Shown: positions 10,700 to 21,632 of the stretch, one piece after another
How the letters are laid out: every line of letters begins with the position of its first letter
Position numbering within the stretch: the stretch's first letter is position 1
Source: Coniocarpon cinnabarinum
Lineage: Eukaryota
Assembly: GCA_051942205.1 (NCBI GenBank)
Contig: JAVECO010000072.1
Coordinates: forward strand, 1-64,000
DNA length: 64,000 nt
Direction: 5' to 3'
The notes under the pieces: generated by a model
The model's input: the letters and a program-made list of their open reading frames with translations, nothing else
What the model was told of the DNA's origin: nothing
The model's database searches: none
Program-made: the position numbers and the translations under genes

Positions 10700-11221
10700 A
10701 GCGAGCTGTCAGGTCCGGCGAGCAGTGAGTGGACAGCAGTACTTCTTAGTACTCTGTGAGATGTCGAAGGCGCTGGACAATGAGGGGAATTCTCTCCCCG
10801 CCAACAACGCACCAGCCACACTCACGCGCAAACACGCAGGGACCGCGCGCCTGACGCCACTACTCCGTACAGATTGCTGGAACGCTAGCTTTAGCGGCCG
10901 CGGCGAGCCACGTGTAATCAGCCAGTACGTGTTGCCGCCCCTCCCTCCTACTTGACTAGGCTGGCACTGTCGACCACCACCATCGCTCGTCATTGCTCGA
11001 CACCAGGAGCTTGCAAGCGTGTGCCGATAAATTCAGGGGGATCAGCGATACTCTCACCCTCCATGATATCTTTCCATCAAGCACACTGCCGAAGTATCTA
11101 GAAAAAACCCAAGAGCTGCGCTGTGGGTGCTATAACAATCAGCAGGTATTACTGAATTCATTAGTGGTCGGCAAAGCAACGGCTCTTGGGTCGTCCAAGA
11201 TGACTTACTCACTTTCGCAAA

Positions 11222-13187
11222 ATGGCTTCACCTGCACCTTTGTCACCAGCACCCTCATCCACATCTCAAGTCATGGCGCTCGGCCTACCCGCTTTCGGCC
11301 GTGGCAGGCCTTTCTACAATCTTTCGTTTGAACTCTTGACCGTCGGCCCGACCTGGTTCGGTGGTGAATATGGTTTGCTCCAGGTCGACTTTGAGCGTCT
11401 TGCTTCGATGGAGTATGAATGGTAGGTCATGGATGCTTTTTTCTGTGGCAATTTTCCCCCTCTTCTGGCATTATCCTGAGAACAGCGCTTGCACTTTTCA
11501 TCATCACAGAGGGAAGTAAAACAGATCTGCACTTGGCCAGGAAAGATATTCCAAATGGATCAGGGCAACAAATACAGCGCCTTTACCGCATTCATCTAGT
11601 GGACTTTCGGCTACGACATATCTGAGCCTTGAAGGAACGCTTGTCAGCTGATATGAATCAACCAGGGACGAGATCTATAACAAAGGCAGCCCCGACTGGC
11701 ATGACAGCTACACCCTGGCGTAAGTTCGAACGCTCTTTTTGACGAGAAACATGACTCATTGTCTTCACCAGCCAGCTTTCCACTACAACATTGCGATGTG
11801 CTTTCAAGCTCGAGGTCGATCTCCCACTAGATCGCTTGATTCCAAGGGTACCAGCAAGGTACGTGCGCTTGCTCGACTGCCAGACCTGTTATCTCTTGAC
11901 GCTCATTTTTGTTATCTTGTCTCAGATTTGCATATGTTCAATTCCTCCAGTGCCTTGTTGATACGACGGGTCCCAACTTTGCGGACGCGCGGGAGACCAG
12001 CCGCCGTGTTATTGGTGTCGATATGTAAGTCGCACACGTCTGGTCGAAGCTTGTTTTGACTGTGAGCTCACGTGCTTCTAGTGGTGTCGGCGCCAGTTGC
12101 ATTTACCCCCTGTTGGCTTGCAAGACACGACCGCAATGGACCGTGTTCGGTACAGAGTGTGACGAAATCAGCCACGAGCATGTGAGTCATATGTGAAGCT
12201 CCGCATACCCTTCTCTTTACTTAGCCTGCCCCACCCAGTAACCACCGCCTTACACTCTTACTCACACAACATCGACAGGCAGTCAATAACGTCGCCCTCA
12301 ATTCCCTCCAACGCAGCATCATCCTCTCTCACGTCTCCCCAAAGGGCAGTCTAATCCCCATCTCAATCATTACCGGCAATACCCAATCCACATGCTCTAT
12401 AGCAACGTTCACAATGACGAATCCGCCCTTCTACGCCTCACCAACCGAGCGCGCCCACCTCAAATCCCTCAAGCAAAAAGCACCCCATTCCCTCAACACA
12501 GGCGACTCCTGCGAGAATTACACCGACGGCGGCGAACTCGGCTTCTCGCTTCGCCATTTCCAAGAGTCCAAAGCCCTTGGTCAGCGCATCCAATGGTATT
12601 CCACCCTCGTTGGCCGTGCGCAAACGGCACATCACCTTATTGATCTCTTCAAAAAGGAGCAGGTGCCAAATTGGGCGGTCTGCTGTATCAAGCCGTCGCC
12701 TGCGACGCGACGCTGGATCTTGGCATGGTCTTGGGATCTCTACAGGCCGATTCTGGACGCCGTCGGTGGGTCGCAGAAAGATGATCTGGATGGGCGACTG
12801 AGTGAGAATAATGAAGCGGCGTTTTCGTGCAGTGGTGACGTGGACGTGCTGTTTGCGACTATGCACGAAGGGCTGATGTCATTGGACGTGGAGTGGCGTC
12901 CAGATGTGGGTGAGCGGACCGGCGTCATGCTGGCATGGAGCAATGCGTGGAACCGGCGGGCGCGGCGGAGGCGGCGTCGCGGTGAGAATTTTACAGTGCC
13001 CCGAGTGGGATTGCCACTGGTCGTGGCGAAGGTGTATGTGGTCTCCGCGGAGACGAAGAAGGAATGGAGCGCTTCGCATCCGCATGCTGTTGTCGTGCGG
13101 TGGATGTATGGGGTGGATCGCGGGATTTTCGATAGTTTTGTAGGGTTTTTGATGGCGCTCGTGCGTGGTGCTGGTATGGAACAGTAG
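11222..13187 (+). CDS. METTL16: METTL16/RlmF-family SAM-dependent N6-adenine RNA methyltransferase, ~482 aa, 6 exons
   Basis: Exons 11222-11421, 11666-11719, 11772-11858, 11926-12024, 12082-12181 and 12279-13187 (1449 nt, all introns GT-AG) give VDFERLA..., DLPLDRLIPRVPARFAY, SAM motif GVDIGVGASCIYPLL, catalytic MTNPPFY, TDGGELGF, WYSTLVGR and TRRWILAWSW. The start codon and first intron are less certain. Confidence 0.88.
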
Positions 13188-13448
13188 AGCTGCAATGCAC
13201 GAATGAAATGCAATTTCAAGTCAAGAGCACTTCAGTGTAAACATTTTAGCTCTCAAAGCTATGAACATGCGGCGAAGGCCGTATAAGCTTCACAAGACAT
13301 CGCAACCAAATGCGATGAGTGCTCTTGTCTCACGCTCGTATGTCCAGTAATCTAGATATCTGAGTCATGACCTGTAATGCTATGGATTCTCGGCGAAAGC
13401 CATCTAATGCTTCATGTACATCAAATTAAAATACGACAAGCGCTCTCC

Positions 13449-15200
13449 TCAGTCATCCAATATACTCTCAATCAGGCCTCTGACCTCCTCCAGCGCCACA
13501 CCCGCCCAATGATGATGATAAGTCGGACTCTTCAATCCATCGAGGCGCCTCTTGTCACCGTGAGGGCAGCACCCATACCCCGTCCCAAAATGCTCGGGCA
13601 TCTCCGTCTTCGGCGTCTCCATGTCGCACCCCGCCCTCACCGCGAACACATCCAGCGCCGGCGCGACAGACCGATACAACGACTCAGCAATAGAAACACA
13701 AAGCGATTTCGACCAATGCCGCCGCGGGGCGTGTTCAGTCCCCGGCAGACCGAAAACGTGTAACCACCGTAGTGAGGGCAACGTGAAATTATGCGCTTTG
13801 AGATAGGACGATGCGGGTAGAGCCAGATTTCCTGAGTCGAGCTGCACAGAGGTGAGGTCGTCCCAGCGGCAGCCTGAACGCGCCATTTCGTTCATGTCGA
13901 AGGTCGTGCGGACGAAGGAGCCCATGCGCAGTTGCTGTAGTTGGGGCCAGTAGCGGAGCCAGTCGACTGTACTGCCGAGGCTTTCAACCTTGGGACGCTC
14001 GTGTTGATGGACGTGCGCGGCGAGGCCGGTGAGCCATTCGAGTCCGAGATGGAAACGGCGCATAAGTGGTGTAGCGGCTGCGAGGTGGACAAGGAGTTTT
14101 TGCAGGGCGTCGGGATCGTGCATGAGGATGTTGCTGCAGGGGGCTTGGATCAGGGAGAGGTCTTCGAGGGAGGTGCATGCAGTTAGACGGGGAAGGAGTT
14201 CAAGAAGATGCAGAGCGGGTGCACCGTCGCATTGGTATTCCAGTGCTCGCAACGATTGTGCTCGAGGAATGACACCTTGTGTCACCACGGGGGGAGCACC
14301 ATCAGGGCAGAGAAGCGCAAGGCTTTGCAGTCGGGGAAAAGTATTAGAAGCGCGTTCGTTAAAGGTTTTGCGTTTTGCTTCCAGAGCGGACGAGCACCGT
14401 GAGGGGATTTCCATTTTCAATAGTTGAAGATTCGGTCGTTCAGTAGCCAAGTGCAGGAAGAAGTTGGCCATGCTTGAAGGGTCTTCGAGTTCGCTGTATA
14501 GGCCATAGAGCTCGAGATGTGTGACCTTGGGGAGATTGCGGAGGGTGTCGAGGAGGTCTTGGGCGCGCCATTTGCAATTTGGATCCGCGCCAGTGTATCC
14601 GGTACTGAAGTAACGAAGGTTAGGACAACGAGTGGCGACATTTTGCAAGAATTGCTGCACAAAGGAGTGGGCGCGGGTGGCATTGAGGAAGAGATATTGC
14701 AATCGAGGAGAGAGCAGAGAGGTGGCGAAGTCTACATCGTGGTCGGTCCAGAGATGCATAACGTTTGGAGACATCCGCTCCAAAGCTCGGCTTTCTAGCA
14801 AGGGCTTTAGACCGGCGCCATTGCTCTTGGTGAAATGTGGGCAGTAGACTTTGACATGCCTGAAGTACTTGTTGTATGCCTCCTCGGGGCCCAGACGTTG
14901 CACCAAGGACCACATCACATCAGCTCGAAGGTTTCGAAAGGCGCCTGTGAAGAGATGAGAGCCATCGCCCAGACATCGCATCAACTGGATGGCGCCTCGC
15001 CAGAGAATAGGTAAAGCCTCGAGATTCCATGTGCGATTGACTTGGGCGCATGCCAGAACGTCTGCAGGACGTTCTAAGAACTGGATGACAGCCCTTACGA
15101 GCTCAGGAAGGCCTAGTGCCTGCCGTACAGCAGACAGGGAGTGAGCGTTGGTGGCAAATGAGTGGCTGAATAATGATGGGGAATCCAGAATGCTGGTCAT
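13449..15200 (-). CDS. F-box protein with leucine-rich (RNI-like) repeats, 583 aa
   Basis: N-terminal F-box-like ALGLPELVRAVIQFLERPADVLACAQVNRTWNLEALPILWR, followed by repeated PxLxxLxL units (CPNLRYF, LPKVTHLEL, FPRLQSLAL, CTSLEDLSL, WPQLQQLRM). Confidence 0.8.
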   Translation of the reverse strand: MTSILDSPSLFSHSFATNAHSLSAVRQALGLPELVRAVIQFLERPADVLACAQVNRTWNLEALPILWRGAIQLMRCLGDGSHLFTGAFRNLRADVMWSLVQRLGPEEAYNKYFRHVKVYCPHFTKSNGAGLKPLLESRALERMSPNVMHLWTDHDVDFATSLLSPRLQYLFLNATRAHSFVQQFLQNVATRCPNLRYFSTGYTGADPNCKWRAQDLLDTLRNLPKVTHLELYGLYSELEDPSSMANFFLHLATERPNLQLLKMEIPSRCSSALEAKRKTFNERASNTFPRLQSLALLCPDGAPPVVTQGVIPRAQSLRALEYQCDGAPALHLLELLPRLTACTSLEDLSLIQAPCSNILMHDPDALQKLLVHLAAATPLMRRFHLGLEWLTGLAAHVHQHERPKVESLGSTVDWLRYWPQLQQLRMGSFVRTTFDMNEMARSGCRWDDLTSVQLDSGNLALPASSYLKAHNFTLPSLRWLHVFGLPGTEHAPRRHWSKSLCVSIAESLYRSVAPALDVFAVRAGCDMETPKTEMPEHFGTGYGCCPHGDKRRLDGLKSPTYHHHWAGVALEEVRGLIESILDD

Positions 15201-16540
15201 GATGCGAGGGCGCGGTGCTCCAGTCGTGACTTGCAGGCTGCAGGCGAAATGAGCGGCGTCGGCTTGCGGGCAAGACCTATAAACGACAGATGAAAGAGAG
15301 ATCTACAATGGACCAATGCATGGTCGTGTTAGAAATGAACGAGCACAAGTGAGGTCATTGAAACTGTACAGCTGGTCTGATTGAAGAGACACGATGTTTA
15401 GACCCATTGGGATCGAGATGGGACGTCTTGGGAGACGTGGCCCGCATTGCGTCGGCCCCAATGCATACTGGGACGGATGACCTGTACTTTTTGGGTCGCA
15501 ACTGTGTCCTCTACTGGTTTGCATTCACCCCACTACTGATCATACAGCACAATGCAAAAAGTTGTGTCATTGCATCCAGCCTGTGAGGGGTTAGCCTGTG
15601 AGGTGGAATGTTGTCCTATGAGACGGGAACGAGCTGCACTCCATATCGAGGCCGTATCGCCTTGCCAGCTTTAATGAACGAATCAGAAGTGTTGTATGTC
15701 ATCATTTAGCATCGAATGCCGGGCATGAGTCTGAGAGAAAGACGTGAGTTAGGCAAGAGTTGACGAGAAATCCCGACCTCATGCCCCTGAACGAGGATGA
15801 CCATGCTGCTGTGCAAGGGTTGTTAAGCTGTCTCGCGACGAACAAAGGGCGCCAGCCATATGCGGCATGGCCAGTGCAGCGAAAGGGGATGTCGCAGAGC
15901 GGAGAAGGACGACCGTCAAGAGAAATGGAAGCGCGAGCCTTTGCGATCCATCATTAACGAGATGAGCGTAGGTAGGTAGAAATGAACTTGGGACGAGAGG
16001 TGAGAATGCTGGAATCGTCACCCTGCCCAGAACTGGCTTTGCGGAATTGCGCGGAACAAAGATCATGACTTGCCCAAAGCAGATATAAGCAGGCACGTGA
16101 ACCTCCTCCAACCTACCCGACTCCACGGGTCTCGTCACGGCGTCGCGTATGTCAGCTTGGTCTCGAAAGGCGGGCCCTCTGGCTGACGTGCGCACTGCGG
16201 TAGCATCAGCCGTGTCAATGTACTTCGAAGTACTGCGTCGCAGCGCTGGCCTCTCCCTCCTCTCCCTGCCGCTCGTCTGTCCTATTACCGGTGTGGGCCA
16301 ATAGCCTCGCCGCTTCCTGCTCCTCGGCGCGCAATCCTCCCCGCGCAGCTGCCTCACACATTGCCAATATGCACAATCCTATTCCGGCCCGGCCATCCGT
16401 GCGATACTTCTGATCCAGTCTGTCGACCTCCTTGCGCCTCCCGCTCACAATCAGCATGCTCAATGGATACGAGACTCCTATGAGGACTGACCGTCTCCCA
16501 ACCTTTCCCACATTCATTCCATGTCGAAGACTCGATCACA

Positions 16541-19102
16541 ATGCCCCCAGCGCACAGCGGACACATCTGCCCGGAGTGTGGAAAGAGCTATAAGGCCAAG
16601 GAAACATTGACCCGACATCGCAAGAATCACGACGCGACTCCTCAATACGCTTGCCACTTGTGTCCCAGCTCCTTCCGGCGCAAAGATCTCCTCTCGCGCC
16701 ACATTGCGACACATGAGAGCAAGGGCGATGGCCAGCTTCGCGCTCGCCGTCTGAACAACACAGCCTGCGAAAGATGCTGCCAGCGCAAATTACGCTGCGA
16801 TGGTCAGCATCCCTGCGACGGGTGTGCGGCGGTCGCGGACACGTGCGTGTACGTGGACACCTCTGCGACAGCGCGCGAGGTAGAAGAGCATGCGGCTATT
16901 TACGATCCATCTGCATACCACAGCCCTGGCGACGCAGCAACCGGTAGCTCGGTCGGACCATGGACACCGCCGAGCCAGACCGATTACTCGAGCAATGTAT
17001 CCACAGCATGGATTGGTCTGGACGACCTGAGTCTGACCGCTGGTCCGATGGATATCGATGCATCCTCTTGGCCATGGCTTTATGAGCAGATGTACATGTC
17101 GAATGAGACCGCCTGGCCTGGCAATGCCACGTCAGTGCCTCGATTATCTCAATCACCTGCTTCCGACAACAGTGGCGTGCATTCTCACGGGCAGTATCCA
17201 CATGGACAACCGCCGCAGGATGCCCTCATGCAAGATTTCGTCGACCAAGGTCCAGCTCCCCCGCTGGCCAACGGATCTCAGTTTGCAACACAATTGGATA
17301 AAGCACCACCAATGCTCGATGCGACGAATCGAGTTCGACCAATTTATCCGCCGGAGCCTAGCGCAGCAGAGTTGCCGGCAAATGCGACTGAGCCCAATAT
17401 CGACCCTGTCAGCAAGCGCGAAAAGGTACTCGACCATGTTGTCAAAACGTCGTTGGAATATGCAAAACGTCCCACTCTTGGCATATGGAACAAGAAGCAG
17501 ACTTCAATCGACATCAGCACAGTATTCGACTTCGACCTTTCTCTCACGGCACCATCGTTGTTCCTCGAGCATTTGGTGCGCCTGTACTTTGAACACTTCT
17601 ATTTGCTGTGGCCTTTTCTTCATCGCGAGACCCTCGAGACTATCCATCGCGACTCCCCATATCTGTATTTGACACTCTCTATGATTGGCGCTGCGTTTGC
17701 TGGAGAATGTGCATGGCCTTATCATCTGATGCTCCTGAACACACTTCGAGAACAATTACTTCCTGCATGCTTCTCTGAGGGCATGCCTCATCACCAGCTT
17801 GAGTATCTCTCAGGGTCACTCATGCTTCTCAAAATATCTTACATGTATTTTGGCCACTCCCGAGCTTTGAGCACGACGCAAATGATCAGTGGAGCCCTGG
17901 TGTACCTGGTTCGACGAATGGATCTCTTCGGCAATGCCTCTCTGTCAGGCCAGGTGCCATTTGAGCCCAAGCATCGGATCGGATCACGGCAGTGGCTTCG
18001 AAGTGAAAATAGAAAGCATCTTGCCATTGGCATGATGGCGCTCGAAAGCGATGTTAGCATACTCTTCGGCACGCGCCCGCTCGTCTCAGCCGAAGAGTTC
18101 GGTATCAGCTTGCCTTGTCCAGCGGAGATTTGGGTAGCCAGCGATCCCGAGAAAGTCGCCTCAGCGTACACGGAGAATGATCAAAGACGTTACCCACTCT
18201 TCTCGCAGCTTGTGCACTTAGCGCTAGACGTCAACGAACCTCTACCTGTTCAGGAACCCTATGCCATGATGATGATTGCACATGGATTCCAGGCACAGGT
18301 CTGGCGCTATAGCTACGAGTACGGCTTCTGCACTCAACAGCGAGTCACCGTAGAAGCAAATCTCGATTCCCGAGCAGACGGCGAGAAAAAGTCGGAAGAC
18401 GGCCAAACCGTGGCCACGGATCTTCACCGTCAACTGAACCAACCCGCACGATCAATGAAGTTATTTTGGGACGGCCGCGAGGCGCTGGTACAGGCGCTGA
18501 AGCGGTGGCGTCAGGCCTTGGTCTCGGACCTGCCTCCTGAAAAAGCAGCGACGCAACGATACGCCCTCCTTGGTGCGCACGTGTTGTTTCATCTTAGCTT
18601 CATGCGGCTTCTCGCGCCTTTGTCGGCCATCCATCGTCTCTTTCTAGACACCTCACAGGGCAATGCCAAACCGTTCACCATGCAGATTGTGCGAAAGTGG
18701 ATCTCTTCGGAGCACGCCCCAAAAGCGCTTCATCATGCCTTGAACACGCGCGCGCTTCTTTACTTCGAGTTGCAACGCTCAAAAGATCAAAGAGCGAAGT
18801 TCAACATCCTGCCCCAATTTGGACTCTTCCATGGGGCCGCAATCCTGTGGGCGTTGTCTGGCAGTCGGACTGACACTCCGCTTGCTATCTATGATCCAAT
18901 GTCGCGAAAAGACATTCAGATACAACATGGAACCGCAAAGAAGCTGCTTCAGAATTTTGCAAAGCTGCTCCACATGATTGGCTTGCAGTGGAACGGCATG
19001 TCTTCCTTGGTAGCTGCGGTCCGTGATATGGCTGAGGTTGAGTTTCCCAGAGATGAAACGACCAAAGATGAGTCGACTCGGCCGCAAGAATCAAGTGGGT
19101 GA
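16541..19102 (+). CDS. Fungal transcription factor with two C2H2 fingers, a Zn2Cys6 cluster and a fungal TF middle homology region, 853 aa
   Basis: CPECGKSYKAKETLTRHRKNH; CHLCPSSFRRKDLLSRHIATH; ACERCCQRKLRCDGQHPCDGCAAVADTCVY; LYFEHFYLLWPFLHRET; SLPCPAEIW. Confidence 0.92.
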   Translation: MPPAHSGHICPECGKSYKAKETLTRHRKNHDATPQYACHLCPSSFRRKDLLSRHIATHESKGDGQLRARRLNNTACERCCQRKLRCDGQHPCDGCAAVADTCVYVDTSATAREVEEHAAIYDPSAYHSPGDAATGSSVGPWTPPSQTDYSSNVSTAWIGLDDLSLTAGPMDIDASSWPWLYEQMYMSNETAWPGNATSVPRLSQSPASDNSGVHSHGQYPHGQPPQDALMQDFVDQGPAPPLANGSQFATQLDKAPPMLDATNRVRPIYPPEPSAAELPANATEPNIDPVSKREKVLDHVVKTSLEYAKRPTLGIWNKKQTSIDISTVFDFDLSLTAPSLFLEHLVRLYFEHFYLLWPFLHRETLETIHRDSPYLYLTLSMIGAAFAGECAWPYHLMLLNTLREQLLPACFSEGMPHHQLEYLSGSLMLLKISYMYFGHSRALSTTQMISGALVYLVRRMDLFGNASLSGQVPFEPKHRIGSRQWLRSENRKHLAIGMMALESDVSILFGTRPLVSAEEFGISLPCPAEIWVASDPEKVASAYTENDQRRYPLFSQLVHLALDVNEPLPVQEPYAMMMIAHGFQAQVWRYSYEYGFCTQQRVTVEANLDSRADGEKKSEDGQTVATDLHRQLNQPARSMKLFWDGREALVQALKRWRQALVSDLPPEKAATQRYALLGAHVLFHLSFMRLLAPLSAIHRLFLDTSQGNAKPFTMQIVRKWISSEHAPKALHHALNTRALLYFELQRSKDQRAKFNILPQFGLFHGAAILWALSGSRTDTPLAIYDPMSRKDIQIQHGTAKKLLQNFAKLLHMIGLQWNGMSSLVAAVRDMAEVEFPRDETTKDESTRPQESSG

Positions 19103-19205
19103 AACATCATCCTTACGAACAAAGCTCTTCCCGCAAGAGGCTGTCAATGCCATATACTGCTCACGAACGGACGGAATTCTCCCGCGGGCCTTTTCCGGTA
19201 CCTCT

Positions 19206-20312
19206 TCATGATGAGGACCATGAGACCTCAACAGGAACTCGAGAGAGCCCTATATCATGATGAATCTTCCTCTGCTCTGCTTCATCGGCTTCTCGAGGGC
19301 GGCTGTGTGAAGGCGAGCCATTGCCACTATTTTTCGCTTTGGAGCTGTGGAACCGCACGACACGCTCAAAACCGCTATCCGCATGCAAATCAAGCAGCCG
19401 AGCTTCCGCACTGTTCACGTGGACGCTCATGACGCTTCCCGCTGGGACAAAGGCCATCGCACCTTTTGTCGCCTTCCTGATGTGATCTCCTAGCAGCACG
19501 CGCAGCTCCCCCTCTAACACATAGATGACCTCTGCTCGCTCTTGGTACAGGCGAGGAGGGAACAAAGTCCCGCGTGTGCATTGCACCTCAAAGAGGCAAT
19601 AGCTGCCCCCGGTTCGCTCTCCGTCAGCCAATACCGCCCAGCTGGCGTTCATCCACCGATAACGAGATGACTTGTCGGCATGGGTTGTATACGGGAACAC
19701 AGTCGCTCCCGGCGTTGGTTTCGTGCGCATCAAGGCGGGATCAGGCGGTGTCGTGAAGGGATTTGCCGGCCGAGGCTCCTGGCCGTAATCGGCTGAAAGC
19801 TTCTCAACAAGCCACGCGGGTGGCAGCATCTCTTGGATTCTGTCTTGCGGAGGCGGTTTTCGTTCCGGCGCGGGGTGAGAAATGCCCATGAGGAGCTGCT
19901 CGAAACCGGCGGGAAGATAGAAGTTCAACATGTGCGTGTTGGGCGCATCTACTGTGAATGAGTGCTCGGTGTCGGCAGGCACGGCAACGAAGGTCCCAGC
20001 TGGAGCAGTGAGACCTTGATGCCCGCCGGCATTGAACGAGCACTGACCAGAAACAATGTACATGCCTTCGGCTTGTGTATGTGTATGGGTCACCGGACCG
20101 CCTCCACCTCCGTCATGGACGACCTGATCAAGCAGCGTAAAGGCATTGTCAGTCTGGACACCAGTAGCCATAACTTGCCAGAGGTTACCGATCTGCCAGT
20201 ACGCAGGACTTTCGTCTGCATTGGTGACGAACGCCTTCGCTACTCACGATTCATACTGTTAGACAGCGGCCATAGTCAATAATAATATTGGCAACCCACC
20301 TAGTCTGACCAT
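19206..20312 (-). CDS. Bicupin dioxygenase-like protein (quercetin 2,3-dioxygenase/QdoI-like), 348 aa, 2 exons
   Basis: 13-nt exon 20312-20300 and intron 20299-20240 extend the 321-aa ORF to MVRLAKAFVTNADESPAYWQIGNLWQVMATG. Cupin 1 has PVTHTHTQAEGMYIVSG...VPADTEHSF; cupin 2 has EVIYVLEGELRV...AFVPAGSV. Confidence 0.82.
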
Positions 20313-20986
20313 TGCGACGGCAGGTGCTGAAAGACGGTGAACCAATCGCAATATCTCAGCTTGCGACACGCTTTTGGCACTTCCACGCTTAGACTTTTGC
20401 GTGCAGTGTGTGAGTATGAGAAATACCAACAGACCAAATGCTTTGCAGAAATGGAGGAGGGTCTGCATCAACATCCTGGCCTTTACATCTTGCCCGCAGC
20501 TTTCGAGTTGAGTGCTGTCTGGGCGTCCTGCCATTGGTCTGCCTTATCGGCTCCCCACGGATGCGAATTGGGGTCTTATTAGCTGGCACGTGCCCGTCAC
20601 TATAAGATACTGGATTCAAGTATACATTTCTGGGCTCATAGTCCAGGCAATCATCACGATCGCTTGTACTGGCAGAGGTGCATAGCGCTACACAGGTGGC
20701 TCAGAGATCGACAAAACCGGGCATGATGCGACCAAGCAAGTGTTCTTGGCCGTGAGCCGTTTTTCAGTGTCCATCGCGAAGCAAGATGCACGGTTCCGGC
20801 CACAAGAGCGAATAGTTCTTCGCACTGAAAGCTCGACCATCTACTCCTAGACCCAGAAGCTTGGTCTTTACTCCGTCTCACGATGAGAAGATGTCATGCT
20901 GCAGATCACTCTCACTTCTACGTGCCGTCTGGGCCGCGATCGACTGCAATATACACTGCATGCGCGCGCTGGGGTCATGGAACGAG

Positions 20987-21297
20987 CCGATCCGTACTAA
21001 CATTAGCATGAATCAAATGTTCGAACGGGTAAGTGTGACCTCGCGTAGCATTGAGGGGTCGCAGATATTCCAAGCGGCCTGGGTGGCTAGCTGGCTGAAC
21101 CTACATGAAGTTTAGCTTTACGACGAGGTGAAATCATCGCATTGGCTGAGCACACGGGACCAAGACACCTTCGGGCTGTTCAATGGCCACGCCACCGTCG
21201 CCGCTGAGGTGAGGAGTAAAACCGATACCGATCCGTCCATACGAAGATGCCGTTTGGGGTAATTATTCCTCCAAGTATCCGAAAGACCCCGATCCGT
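20987..21297. promoter_or_regulatory. Three copies of CCGATCCGT in the divergent cupin/monooxygenase promoter; candidate Zn2Cys6 binding sites
   Basis: Exact 9-mer at 20987-20995, 21228-21236 and 21289-21297 (CCG-N2-CCG direct repeat). Confidence 0.5.
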
Positions 21298-21632
21298 CAT
21301 GCTCAACCACTGTTGCGAGCCACACATCTGGAAGCATAAGGCGTACCTCTATCAATTAAAAGTAGCGGCCTCATCGTCGGCCGCTTTCCAGCATATGCAT
21401 CCGCTGATTGTGATCAGCTTCTACACGTCATCTTCCGCTTAGCTTTACGCCCCCGTTGCTGTGAAACGAGGCATGCTTTATAAGACAGACCTGAACCCAG
21501 GCGTAGAAACAGACGTACCTCGTAGGTGTTATATTCTAACACTAGGTCATATCCGTATCCATTCTTTTGACTTTCCAGATAGTGCACCCTGGCCCCGCGG
21601 CTTCCGTCGAAGCAGGAACAGCAGCAGTAAAC

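Noticed and set aside
12150..12160. TACAGAG as a METTL16 autoregulatory site
   Set aside because: It does not match the full UACAGARAA consensus, no hairpin is evident, and it lies in coding sequence.
15300..16540. ORFs between the F-box and TF genes
   Set aside because: No motifs; consistent with a divergent promoter region.
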